Made by a program: the position numbers and the translations under genes
Shown: piece after piece, positions 1 to 11,050 of the stretch
Layout of the letters: each line of letters begins with the position of its first letter
Numbering within the stretch: the stretch's first letter is position 1
Notes under the pieces: model-generated
Databases searched by the model: none
What the model was told of the DNA's origin: nothing
What the model saw: only the letters and a program-made list of their open reading frames with translations
Assembly: GCF_902713615.1 (NCBI RefSeq)
Contig: NC_052157.1
Location: 149,397,171-149,461,170, forward strand
DNA length: 64,000 nucleotides
Direction: 5' to 3'
From: Scyliorhinus canicula
Lineage: Eukaryota

Positions 1-465
1 TTCTTTGTTCCCAGTGAAAGTCTATGAACAACTTTTAAAAATTCCTATCAGACACTTACTGCTAGAATCTACAGGCTTGCGTATCCAAGTATGCGGTCAC
101 TACTCGCGGTCTCACCTCTTTAAAGTTACTTTTCTAACCTTGATTGCGTCCCACACTGTGGAATTTCCACCCCTGCAGTAAAGTTTCTGAATTTCAAAAG
201 TAGATAGAATCGGGTTTTGGGCAGCTTCCCCAAAGCTGAATGAATGAATTAGAATAATTTTGTATTCTGTGTTTCCTGAACAAAAATCTACAACAGCAAT
301 TTGAAAATATATATTTTAAATACATCGCCGTGGCATCCCATAACAAGGCAACTAGCTATCACGAGTTAGCATTCTGTGGGCCCGAGGTCGAATGCAACCC
401 AGACTGATGGTGTGAAAACCTCCAATCATTGCTATCAGCTCTCGAAGTGATGAGTAAATTCAGTG

Positions 466-910
466 CAGAGTTTCAAAATTAGGGGTCACCCTGATACGAC
501 AGAGATGAGGAGAAATTTTTTTCTCTCAGGTGTTGAGACTTTAGAACTCATCACTCATTTAGAAGGGGCTGGTTTAGCACTGAGGGCTAAACAGCTGGCC
601 TGTAAAGCAGAAGGCCAGCAGCGCGGGTTCAATTCCTATACCAGCCTCCCCGAACAGGCGCCGGAATGTGGAGACTAGGAGCTTTTCAAAGTAACTTCAT
701 TTGAAACCTACTTGTGACAATAAGCGATTTTCATTGAATATCTTTAAAGTGGAGGTAGACAGATTCTTGTTAGTCAAGAGAATCAAACATTACCGGGCCA
801 GAAGGGACCGTGGAACTGGAAATTCAGAAATCAGTCATGATCTTTTTGAACGGCAGAGCAGGCTCGATGGAGTGAATGGCCAACTCCTGCTCCTATTTTG
901 TATGTTCCTA
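466..910 (+). mobile_element. CR1 LINE 3' fragment interrupted by a SINE
   Basis: FKIRG...TEMRRNFF ORF2 C-terminal remnant and CR1 3' UTR (GAATGGCC...CTCCTGCTCCTAT, CCTATG tail). Confidence 0.75.
565..735 (+). mobile_element. Short tRNA-derived SINE (head C + tail B); further copies at about 37960-38098(-), 59735-59838(-), 60265-60432(+)
   Basis: A-box/B-box-like head (GGTTTAGCAC...GGTTCAATTCC) joined to CCGAACAGGCGCCGGAATGTGG...CTACTTGTGACAATAA; multiple copies in the window. Confidence 0.75.
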
Positions 911-1266
911 TGCGTGCAGCTACTTTCAACCTATTAACCCAGTTCTATCACTAAATTAGTGATCTATATAAGGCTTTAGGATGGTGGGAGTGTGGAGCAG
1001 AAATATTCCTACTGATAGTGATTGTACATATGATTGGAAGTATGTGGTAGCATCCTGACAGAGTTAGGAGTAGTTTTGCTTCACAATAGTTACTGGGGCT
1101 TGATGCTTGTGCTGAGGCTGGAGAGTATGTCCCCACGATATTGAGAGTAAACTCCTAGCACTACATTTTATACCCATCTTCCACAATCAAATTAACACAC
1201 AATTACATTTTATTTAGAAAAACTATTGTTGCGTAAAACAGAAAGACAGCACCTGCTGTAAATTAC

Positions 1267-1436
1267 CTGCAAAGCAGTCTGACAGACATCTACTAGGCCC
1301 TGAATGAGGTAATATTTAGCCTCTGCCAACAGCTCCTTTATTTCCCGTCTACTCTTTGGAAGGTTAATCAAGTCATCCCGCAGGTAGTTCAAAACAGTGC
1401 CAAAATGTTTGCCACAACGGTCAATAAGAATCCAAC
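1267..1436 (-). CDS. TNFAIP1: TNFAIP1 second coding exon (170 nt); later exons lie beyond the left edge
   Basis: CAG acceptor, (G)[62 protein letters not shown] donor; phase fits the previous exon. Confidence 0.96.
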
Positions 1437-1819
1437 CTGTTTGGAAAAATATGAAATATTTTACAGGAGAGGAGTATGATTCAAGGCAAGGATACCAACA
1501 ACCAGAACCTAATTCCATACAAAAGGTAAAAACCAAGGACTCTCAGCACCCTACCCCCTAAATTACTTAAGTGAATACAGGATAAGCCGGCCATTTGGCC
1601 CATCTCGGTATAGAATCTGCTTTGTCATACACGATCAATTCACTATTTAACAGGAGAAAAGTTCTCCAAGGTTTCTTTGGATCCCTCAATCACAACGAGG
1701 AAGATTCCAGCATATCAAAGCTTAGAAACAAAATTATTTCTCTCTCTTTAGAGAGAAGATATTTCTATGGATGGTTCCTCCAATCACTTATTTATCTTTG
1801 TTCCTCACAGAAACAACCT

Positions 1820-2110
1820 GGCTCAGTTAGTGGTACTCTCAGTTCAGAAGGTTCTGGTTCAACCCATACTCCACAATCTCAGGACTCAACCTAGGTTGAC
1901 ACTCCAGTGCATCGCTGAGTGAAAACTCCCAAGACTGGATGTGTTATCCTTGGGATCAGCCGTTGAACAGAGACCTCAGTGGTTTGGATAAACATCAAAA
2001 GATCATCTGGAACTATTCAAAGAAGAGCAAATATTTCTAGAGTACCATAGCAAACATTCCTCCTTCAAGCTACATCAAAAACCTATTTGTTGATTATTCA
2101 TCTTGTTACT
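1820..2110 (+). mobile_element. Old DeuSINE/SacSINE1-like SINE; another copy at about 10830-11260(-)
   Basis: tRNA-like head, GACACTCCAGTGCA core and AAAAGATC...CTATTCAAAGAAGAGCA Deu-domain-like segment; recognised from memory, not aligned. Confidence 0.6.
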
Positions 2111-2533
2111 GCGGAGAAGTAGAAAATAATTTGGTCATGCTGATTAACTTTGATTAAAAAGTCCAGTCAGTGTGACTGTACCAAGTTAGTTAAATTTGGG
2201 CTGCATCTTTGTGAATATGCAGTGACAACTGTATAGTCAAATAGTGCAGCTGTTCGCTGTGGAAACTTGACCTAAATTCTCTGGAGTTTAAAAGAATGAG
2301 ACGTGATCTCCATTGAAATATAAATGTATGCAAAACACAAAAATAGTAGAAATAGGAGCTGAAGTAGACCATGTGGCCCCTCAAGCCTGCTCTGCTATTC
2401 AATACAATCCTAACTGATCCTCAATCTCAACTATATTTCCTGACTATTCAGCCTACCTCTTAATTCTTTGACACACCAAAAATCTGTCTACCTTAATCTT
2501 AAGTATATTCAACATGGAGTATCCAAAGGCCAA

Positions 2534-2600
2534 TGTGTGTGTGTGTGTGTGGTGGGGGGGGGGGGGGGGGGGAGGAAAGAGAGAGAGAGAGAGAGAGACA
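2534..2600. repeat. Compound (TG)n-(G)n-(AG)n microsatellite inside a minus-strand CR1 remnant (about 2350-2810)
   Basis: Directly visible. Confidence 0.85.
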
Positions 2601-4039
2601 GATACAATTCCAAAGATTGTCAAGTCTTTGAGTGAAGAAATTTCACCTAATTGTAGCCCTAAACTGGACCCTCCTCTTCAGATTGTTCCCCCGTATTATT
2701 CTACATTCGCAGTTTGAGAAAACAATCTGTGTCTGCATCGTCAAGTCCCTTCAGAATCATTTATATTTCAATGGCGATCACCTCTCATTCTTTTAAACTC
2801 CAGAGTATAGGTAAAATTTCCGCAGCAAACAGCTGCGATATTTGAATATACAGTTGTCACTGCATATTCGCAAGATGTAACCCAATGCAAATTTAGCTAA
2901 CTTGATACAGTTAGACTGACGGACTTTTCATTGAAGTTAATCAGCACAACCAAATAACCATTATGCCACCATGTTGCTCCATGAATAACCTCAGTAGGTA
3001 CAGGAATGGAACTGTGCTGTTGGCGTCGTTCCGCATTACGAATCAGCTAACTAGACAAAATGAAGAAATTTGAAATAACCTTTTTATGCTCGTGCCAATA
3101 ATTTGTAACCATACCATCTGCAAGTAAATAAACTTGCTGCACCATCTGACTGATCCAGTGTGGCATCCTTTAAAAAAAGCAACTGCAAAACAATACTGGC
3201 CTGGCTTTCGGTTAATTTACAATTTTCTTTTTGGGGGTGGGGGAGAAAATCAGCAGATTCAATCCTAAAACTGGAAGGTGAAACTATTTCGTATTCTAGT
3301 CTTTTACAAAATTCAAATTAGTCTCTCCTTCCTCCAAGAATTAAAACTTCCAACATTAAATACCATTTGGGATATCTTTTCTTCAAACTTGGTGGTGTTC
3401 TATACTTTGGACTTTGGTAGTGGAGCTGGATTTTGCAACTTAACAAAATGTTATTTTGTTCCCATGCTCTATCATAGATCAGAAAGTTCTAATCCGGTGT
3501 GCAAGGCAGACTGAAGAATTTAATATTTGTATGTCATAATGCAACTTTGCAGACCTCAAATAACAACAGGAGAGTGCAACACTGTAACTGGTACACTTGC
3601 AGGCACAGCATATCAGTAGGTTAATATACCAATGATTTAACAACTTCACTTTGTAACTTTTCTTGCCTGCAATGCTCTCTACGGAGCTCATTGCCAAAGC
3701 ATAATTTTTCCAGAGTCAAACACAGGCAAAAATTATTTCATTAAAACATCATGGTACTAATTTGAAGTATGTAACCTGCTAATCCCTGTGATTATTAAAA
3801 CACAAACATGCAAAATTCAGTGCATTTATCTTGCTGTGTTTACTCGTATCAAACTTAAGACATGATTGTCATCACACCCACATGTGCTGGCCAGTTTTTA
3901 AAATAGATCAATATCAAAATTCAGTAATTGAAATGACTGCAGGTTACACTGGCCATCCAATTTGATTTGAGAAACTACTTTACAATTAAACTGGAAATCC
4001 TGCATTTACCTTATAGCATATAATAATAATCGTTATTAT

Positions 4040-4330
4040 TGATTTTTATTATTGTCACCAGTAGGCTTACATTAACACTGCAATGAAGTTACTGTGAAAA
4101 TCCCCTCTTCGCCACATTCTGGCGCCTGTTCTTGTACACGGAGGGAGAATTCAGAATGTCCAAGTCACTTAACACGCACGTCTTTTTGGGACTTGTGGGA
4201 GGAAACCAGAACACCCGGAGGAAACCCACAGACACGTGCAGACTCTGCACAGTGACCCAAACCGGGAATCGAACCTGGGACCCTGGCGCTGTAAAGCAAC
4301 AATGCTAATCACTATGTTATCGTGTCACCC
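4040..4330 (-). mobile_element. V-SINE-type SINE (head A + tail B)
   Basis: Reverse-complement match to the copy at 4584-4876. Confidence 0.8.
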
Positions 4331-4583
4331 AATAAAATCAGTGGTCAATATCTATATCACTGGTGTTAAACGGCCCTGGCTGGACTCTTCACCTACATCA
4401 ATCATTTCTAAAGAACTTTTGTTTGCCACACAAACTTACTTTTTCTTTTCAATGATCTGAGACTGGAAACAATTGCAAGCGCTCGGGGAGAAAAGCCCAA
4501 ATTGCCACTTTTCCATTAATTCACAACATTGTCCAGCCAGGACATCTTTTGGGATATGCATGTTTGGGATACGCATATGCCGT

Positions 4584-4876
4584 GGGCGGCACGATAGCAC
4601 AGTGGGTAGCACTGTTGTTTCACAGCTCCAGAGTCCCAAGTTCAATTCCCGGCTCGGGTCACTGTCTGTGTGGAGTCTGCATGTTCTCCCCGTGTCTGCG
4701 TGGGTTTCCTCCGGATGCTACAGTTTCCTCACACAAGTTCTAAAAAACGTATTTTGGACATTCTGAATTCTCCCTCAATGTGTCCGAACAAGGCCGGAAT
4801 GTGGTGACTAGGGGCTTTTCATAGTAACTTAATTGCAATGTTAACGTAAGCCTACTTGTGACAATAAAGATTATTA
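4584..4876 (+). mobile_element. V-SINE-type SINE (head A + tail B); further copies at about 22595-22888(-), 32815-33032(+), 57085-57373(-), 59368-59615(-)
   Basis: GGGCGGCACG..AGCACAGTGG head, GTCTGCGTGGGTTTCCTCCGG V-domain core, tail ending GTGACAATAAAGATTATTA. Confidence 0.8.
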
Positions 4877-4934
4877 GAAAAGCTAAAATAACTGTTTTGT
4901 TTACTTCTGGTGCAAGTAGTTAGATTATATTCAC

Positions 4935-5148
4935 CTTCCTTGTCAGTGAGCACTTCCATTCTTCCACTAAACATAGCCTTTAGCATAGTATCATGTCTGG
5001 TTAAAATTTGAACAGTGGTGTAATACAGAGATCCGCCAACATTTAATCGGATGTACTTGTTCCCCATGCTCCCTCTTTTAAAGCTGATTGCCTTAGGTTT
5101 AGCTCCAGAAGACTGGTACAGTGATGTTAAGCAGGTGTCTCCAGACAT
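4935..5148 (-). CDS. TNFAIP1: TNFAIP1 (BACURD2, KCTD BTB adaptor), first coding exon
   Basis: ATG at 5148; MSGDTCL...[42 protein letters not shown] matches the TNFAIP1 N-terminus and BTB domain. Phase-1 GT donor at 4934. Probable acceptor TTTTCCTTGTTTTTAG places the exon start at 5280. Confidence 0.96.
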
Positions 5149-6857
5149 GTCTCTCTGCAGGTAAATGGTGACTCTGCACACAGTTGGCTTAAGCTGTTCC
5201 GCCGTGGTTGGTGTGTGCAAGCCGGACAAAAATGAACGAAGATCAGGTTGCGTTCACAAATGTTCATAACATCTGCACCACTAAAAACAAGGAAAACTGA
5301 TTAGTTGTACATGAAGAAAGCAGAAACAAACGGCACTTTCCACCCATGAGCGGATATTTAACATTTTATCTTCTCCACAGATACAAGGGATATGGAAAAT
5401 CCTAGTCTGGTCAATGTGCTTTATGAAACACCCACAATCTAACCATAAACCAAGGGAGGAAGTGGGTAATTCAGCCCACAAGTGATTATGAAACATTTTT
5501 GGTGTTCAATTTTGCTCCCAAACAAGCCTTTCAGATTTCTTAGGTTAGATTTATTTATTCTTTAATATTAAGCCTGGAATTTCAGTTCTCTTTTTGCGCA
5601 TGATGACATTCAATAATTAAGTATTGGCTTCTTGTATAGAAAATACCTTCTTCAACATAAAGACACGGGGCAAACAGAAATCCAGAACAAAGCAGTCTGA
5701 TTGATTGGCACCCCTTCATCATCTACTCCTTCCAACGTAGTACACACTGCTGCCAATGCACGTCTATCTACAAAATGTACAGCACCATCTCAACAAAATG
5801 TCATTGACAGCAGCTTCCAAACCAGTCACCTCTACAACAGTGCCTATAATTGAAAAGTGTTTCATGATCAATAAAGTGCTTTGGATTATTGGAGGTTTTG
5901 AAAGGTACCACATTAATACAAGCTTTTTGTTCTTTCTAATGATTGAGATCTTGTTAGCAAATTAATCTCAATTCTTCACAAGGTGGTGCAAATGGTCTAA
6001 GCATCTCTAGGCTATGGAACAAGCAAGTAGGATTACTAATTCTGTGTAGTGTTGAATGGTCTCTTGGGTGGAGGACAGATTTTGGCTGGTCAGTAATGCT
6101 CTCCACAGTCAAAGTCTGACAATGTGAACATTTGTATGAGGAACAGAATCTGTATATGGATACGAGAGGGCTCCGCCTTACTCATGGAGGAAAAAAACCC
6201 AGCAAGAGTTAAGTGAAGGGGATAAAGGGAAGAAACAGATTTTTTTTGTGAACTTCTTAAACTACATAATGAATAATGAATGTTAAATGAATGGGTGAGT
6301 CAGACTGACGGCTCAGCAAGGTTTCTCAAGGTTGGAACACATATTTAATTATGCTGATGACTATCTCATACACTTTGAAAAATGAATGTTCAATTACACC
6401 CACGCATCAGAAGTCTGAAAAAGATGCAAGTAGACGAGTGGATTAAAAAAAATTATGTGGCATAATAAGATAATGTTCACTGATCAAACATATCACATTC
6501 CCAAATGGTTTGAACAGTTTGAAACCCTGCATGTGCTCCTTCACACAAACAAATGCACTTTTCACATTAGCAATTGTACAGCAAAATATTACACCTCTTC
6601 TTAGCTCAGCTCTGTAAACTGGAAGTAAACAGATTATATAACGGCTCAGACTTTATTCGGCTCGGTTAACAGCATTTGGCAGAAACAAGGGAACTTGCTG
6701 AATTTTATAAGATATAATGTAACATTGGATTAAAGCTCAAGGCAAGGTCCAAGAGACTTCAGAAGAGATACTACAAATAAATGTTTTCTCAGTTTAGATC
6801 AGCAGTCACTTTTGTCAAAGGAGCCCTAGGCATTTCAGCTCCTACAACACAGCTTCT

Positions 6858-7258
6858 AGGATTAAGAATGATAGGCGATCTCATTGAAACATATAAAATT
6901 AACAGACTTGATAGGGTGGATGCTGGGCAGATGTTTCCCCTGGATGGGGAGTCTGGAACAAGGGAGCATAGTCTCAGAATCAGATGTTAGCCACTTATGG
7001 CAGATGAGAAAATGTCTTCACCCACAAGGTTGTGAAGGTTTTGAATTGTCTACCCAGAGGGTGACAAATTACAGTTGTTGAGTACATTCAGACAGAAAAG
7101 GGCAGATTCCATCAAAAGGGTAGATTTGGACTCTAAAGGAATTGAGGATTCTGGGGATAGTGTGGAAATCTGGATTTGAAGTTGACAATCTAAGATGGTA
7201 TTGAATAGTGCAGCAGATGCAGAGGGTTAAATACTCCTGTCCAACATTTTATGTTCTT
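6858..7258 (+). mobile_element. Degenerate CR1 3' fragment
   Basis: RMIGDLIETYKI..LDRVDAGQMFPL.GESGTREHSLRIR remnant. Confidence 0.75.
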
Positions 7259-7957
7259 GCCTGACACCTTATGGTCATGCAGATAAAACTACATCAAAGT
7301 TGCATGAATTTATGGCCTTTCCATTTTCCACCTCTAGACTCCAACCTCCACTCTTGGAACTCTTCATTCTTCTGATTTTGCCTTTTGTTGACCCCCCCCA
7401 CTCCCTCCCTGACACCGTGCTTGCAGTAACCCATCTCCATGCTCCCAAAGCTATTCATCTCCCAACTTCCTCCAATTCTTACGACCCACATTCTTGGCCA
7501 AGCTTTTGGCCACCTCATCTAACATCTTCCTGTGGGCTGCGTGTTAACCTTTGTAGGATTATGCATCTGTGCAGCATCTCAGGACAGGTCTCTATGCTAA
7601 AGACGCCGTATAAATAAGAGTTGAAACACTCTTGGAATGAATCATGCAAGAGTAAATAGAAACCACCACACCTGTCCACCACATTAAGTTTCAGTATGTT
7701 CATTGTCCAGAAGGTCCTTTTCAAATTTGAGATTCACAGGCTCATACACTCAAATATTATTCCTGTATGTATTAAAACATTAATCTGCTCACTGAAAGAA
7801 CTGTGCAATTTGAAATAGAATTAACACTCTGCAAACTTTCAATGATCACCATAGCACAGGTTATAACTAGTCTCAAATTTCAATCCAAAATGCGAGAAAA
7901 TGAGCACATAATGTACATCTAAATACTAGCACTTGCAGTCATGCTTTACAAAGAACT

Positions 7958-8047
7958 TTGACAAAGGGTCACCTAAAACGTTAGCTCTTTTCTCTCCTTA
8001 CAGATGCTGCCAGACCGGCTGAGATTTTCCAGCATTTCCTCTTTTGG
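7958..8047 (+). mobile_element. Penelope-derived mini-insert with a variant hammerhead motif
   Basis: 13-bp TSD TTTACAAAGAACT (7945-7957, 8048-8060); the insert begins TTGACAA...AAAACGTTAGCT. Confidence 0.7.
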
Positions 8048-8664
8048 TTTACAAAGAACTACTTTGGTGAGTCAATGCATTGAGAGAGAAAACAAAGGGC
8101 AGGGGTGTGGGATGAGTCAGCAGAGGTATAAGCCAAATGGACTCTTAAAATTCTATGTCAGTACTGAAGAGAAATAGAAGGATTATTAAAAAATAATTGC
8201 AGGAATATATTCCAACATTGGTTGATCAATCTCAACAGGATTTAATTTTCTTAAAAGTTATCTGATGACGAACCTGTTCATTGTTGATAACACATCTAAA
8301 ACTATTGTAAATTCAGCTGATGTGTGGAATCTGTTCTGTAGCGGGTGGAAATAAAGCAAAGACAAAAAAGAAATGCCAAGTATTTCACTCCAGCCATCTC
8401 ACCATTTGATAATTTCCCATTCCCAAACAGGCACTATTCTACTCAAATTAATAACCATTTATCTATTTAAAGTCAACTCAGACCAAAGTTTACATACCTG
8501 CTTTATTTACATTTATATCACACTTTTAACATAGCAAGATGTCTCAAGGCCATGCCCTAGAGAATTAACAGAATTTGGCATAAAGCCACATTAGGATTTG
8601 GGGGCAGATAACCAAAACAAAGCAGTAGGTTTTAAGTAGCTTAAAAGAGGGAACACAGGGCATG

Positions 8665-9020
8665 AAGCTACAATAACTAGCACTGCTGCCTCATGGCACG
8701 GAGGACCTGGGTTCAATCCCGGCCCCGGGTCAGTGTCCATGTGGAGTTTAAACATTGGATAAAAGCAAATTACTGCGGATGCTGGAATCTGAAACGAAAG
8801 AGAAAATGCTGGAAAATCTCAGCAAGTCTGGCAGCATCTGTAAGGAGAGAAAAGAGTTAACGTTTTGAGTCCGATGACTCTTTGTCAAAGCTCAAGGAGT
8901 TTAAACATTCTCCCCTTGTCTGTGTGGGTCTCACCCCGACAACACAAAGATATGCATGGTAGGTGGATTGGCCACACTACATTGCCCCCTAATTGAAAAA
9001 AAAAGAATTGGGCACTTTAA
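8665..9020 (+). mobile_element. HE1-like V-SINE interrupted by a Penelope-derived insert
   Basis: TAGCACTGCTGCCTCA...GGTTCAATCCCGG head; the body resumes after the duplicated target site. Confidence 0.7.
8757..8895 (-). mobile_element. Penelope-derived mini-insert with a variant hammerhead motif
   Basis: 14-bp TSD GGAGTTTAAACATT (8743-8756, 8896-8909); minus strand reads AGCT-TTGACAA-A-GAGTC-ATCG-GACTC-AAAACGTT-AACT. Confidence 0.75.
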
Positions 9021-9945
9021 ATTTAGAAAAAGAAAAAAAAGACAAAGTGAGGCAGAAAGGTTCAGGAACAGAAGGAGCATAGGGTTTGAGGACCACTGAT
9101 ACCATGGAGGGTTGTGAGGGTGAAGGAAACTGCAGGCATGCAATGATGCAAGAAGGATGAACATTTCAAAATAGAGGCACGGTTTAACCAGGAGCTAACG
9201 TTGGTAGGAGAGCAGGGTTGACAATGAATACAACTTGGCACAAGTTTGGAGGCAGGCAGAGTTTTGCATGATTCCAGGTTTGCAAATGAATAAAACATGG
9301 AAGGCTGGCCAGGAGTGCGTTGAAATTGCCGTGCCGAGAACTAACAAAGTCATGGACATGTTTCAGCAATTGAGCTCAGCCAGAGGCAGTCAGGTGATGT
9401 TACAGGAGGTGAAAATTGCCAATCCTGGCGGTGGCACGGATGTGTGGTGGGGAATCTAAAACCTGGGGAGACAAATGCAACATCAAAGTTACAAAGTGTG
9501 TGTGGTCCAACCTCAGAGAGACACACACAGTTGCTGAGGAGAGGGATGGAATCAGGGGCAGAGGGTACAGGGGCCTGAAGACAATAAATAGCTTCGGTTT
9601 TCTCAACAACTCGAGGGCATTTCCTTTAATGGAGTACACAGTGTGGTAACTCAGAAATAGTGAGGTAGAAACCCACCCATACCATACTGACCACTATCCT
9701 TTCCCAATTGAATTACAGCTCTGGAAGGAAGGGTTTAAGGGAGTTTGACCATCCCCAACCATTCCTCCCAGCTCCCATGGAGAACGCTAACTTGCTTCTA
9801 TTGAGGAGATGCCTGGCCCCTGACCTTTACTTTCCCCTTCGCTTTGCCACCCCAGTTTGCTAAACTTTGCTCACTCTCCCCTCGCCCGAATGGGGCAGCT
9901 ACAGTCTTTTTTAAAAATTTAAATCTAGTCCAACGGGTCCAGTAC

Positions 9946-10020
9946 CTGCCTAAGTTGCCGTGCCGACCAGCCACACCACCGCTCCTCCCCTTCCGGTCCT
10001 CCGGAAGTTACATCACGTCG
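9946..10020 (-). other. TNFAIP1: Putative non-coding exon 1 of TNFAIP1
   Basis: CAG|GTACTG donor-like site at 9946/9945 on the edge of the CpG-rich promoter; the start position is a guess. Confidence 0.45.
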
Positions 10021-10518
10021 CCGCCAGCTCCGCCCAACGGCTCCCACCAGCCCATGCACGTGCGCGTGATTCCGTCACCTTCCCTGGCCGGCTTGCTGCG
10101 CACGCGCGTCCATCTCTCGCCTGTTTACTTGCGATATATCCCGAAGTCTCTCCCATTACATGGTGCTCCGCAAATGCAAAACAAAAGCACACGTGCCGCG
10201 TAGGAAATTATTAAGAGCCGTCAATAAATTATAATTTAATAGAGCGAGGAGTAAGTTTCGATTTCTTTTTATTCGTCTTACACTTTTGACAGACGGGTGA
10301 ACTGAAGCTCCTGACTGGGGGACAAAAAAAACATTGCGCACGTTCCTTAGGCAACGACCTAATGTGTCACTAAGCATGCGCAGTTAGAGTTGCCCCGAAC
10401 CCACTCTGGTCCCGCATGCGCAGTTAGAGCAGCCGCGCTGCCCGCCCCCTCTGTTCGCGCATGCGCGGCGAAGAGCCGTCGCCGTGGCAGCGGGAGGCGG
10501 ACGGGCCTGTGGGCTGGG
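9985..10518. promoter_or_regulatory. CpG-rich bidirectional promoter of TNFAIP1/IFT20
   Basis: High CpG density; inverted ETS pair CTTCCGG/CCGGAAG 9990-10007; CACGTG E-boxes; X-box GTTCCTTAGGCAAC 10342-10355; X-box-like GTCGCCGTGGCAGC 10478-10491; NRF1-type GCATGCGC motifs at 10374, 10414 and within 10457-10466. Confidence 0.8.
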
Positions 10519-10645
10519 ATGGCAATGGAGGCCCTGGGGGAGGCCGGTTTGCACTTTGACGATCTCAACAAACTGAGGGTCCTGGATCCTGAAGTGGCTC
10601 AAAACACGACCGAGCTGAAGGAGGAGTGCAAGGACTTTGTGGAAA
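10519..10645 (+). CDS. IFT20: IFT20 coding exon 1
   Basis: [42 protein letters not shown]; GT donor at 10646, phase 1. Confidence 0.97.
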
Positions 10646-10922
10646 GTAGGTACCAGGAGGGAGCTCGGGCATCGCCCCGGGGGGGGGGGGAGAGGGTCAA
10701 GCTTCAATGGAACGGAGAAAAAACGGCATTTGTATAGCGCCGTCCACCACCGCAAGATGTCCCGTTCCGCGGCCCGTGGTATTCTTTTCGAAGTTAAGTC
10801 GCTTGTAGGAAACGAGGCAATCAAGTGTGTGCACAGCAAGATCCCACAAGCAGCACGGGTTTGGGGTGAGGGATAAATATTGGCAAGAATACTGGGGAGA
10901 TTTTCCCTAACCTTCGGAATAC

Positions 10923-11050
10923 CATGAGAAGTCTTACAATAGCAGGTTAAAGTCCAACAGGTTTATTTGGGATCACTAGCTTTCGGACCATAGCTCCTTC
11001 AAGAGATGAGGAAGGCATACTGTGCTCACCCCAGGCCGGCATCTCCACAT
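10923..11050. mobile_element. Decayed Penelope-derived inverted mini-insert within a DeuSINE
   Basis: 11-bp TSD CTTCGGAATAC (10912-10922, 11051-11061); same family as the inserts at 53899 and 56460. Confidence 0.7.

Noticed and set aside
1-460. Possible next TNFAIP1 exon near the left edge
   Set aside because: In the part translated by eye I found no match to the expected following sequence (..PVCNIPIITS..); the exon is probably outside the window.
565-640. tRNA-like sequences with A and B boxes (also at 4584, 17784, 53210)
   Set aside because: They continue into SINE bodies and tails and do not form complete cloverleaves, so they are not tRNA genes.
5149-5229. N-terminal extension of TNFAIP1 suggested by the ORF track
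   Set aside because: It starts at a TTG; homology begins at the ATG at 5148.
10390-10737. 115-aa ORF covering the IFT20 start
   Set aside because: Non-ATG start and read-through into intron 1; the real CDS portion is 10519-10645.
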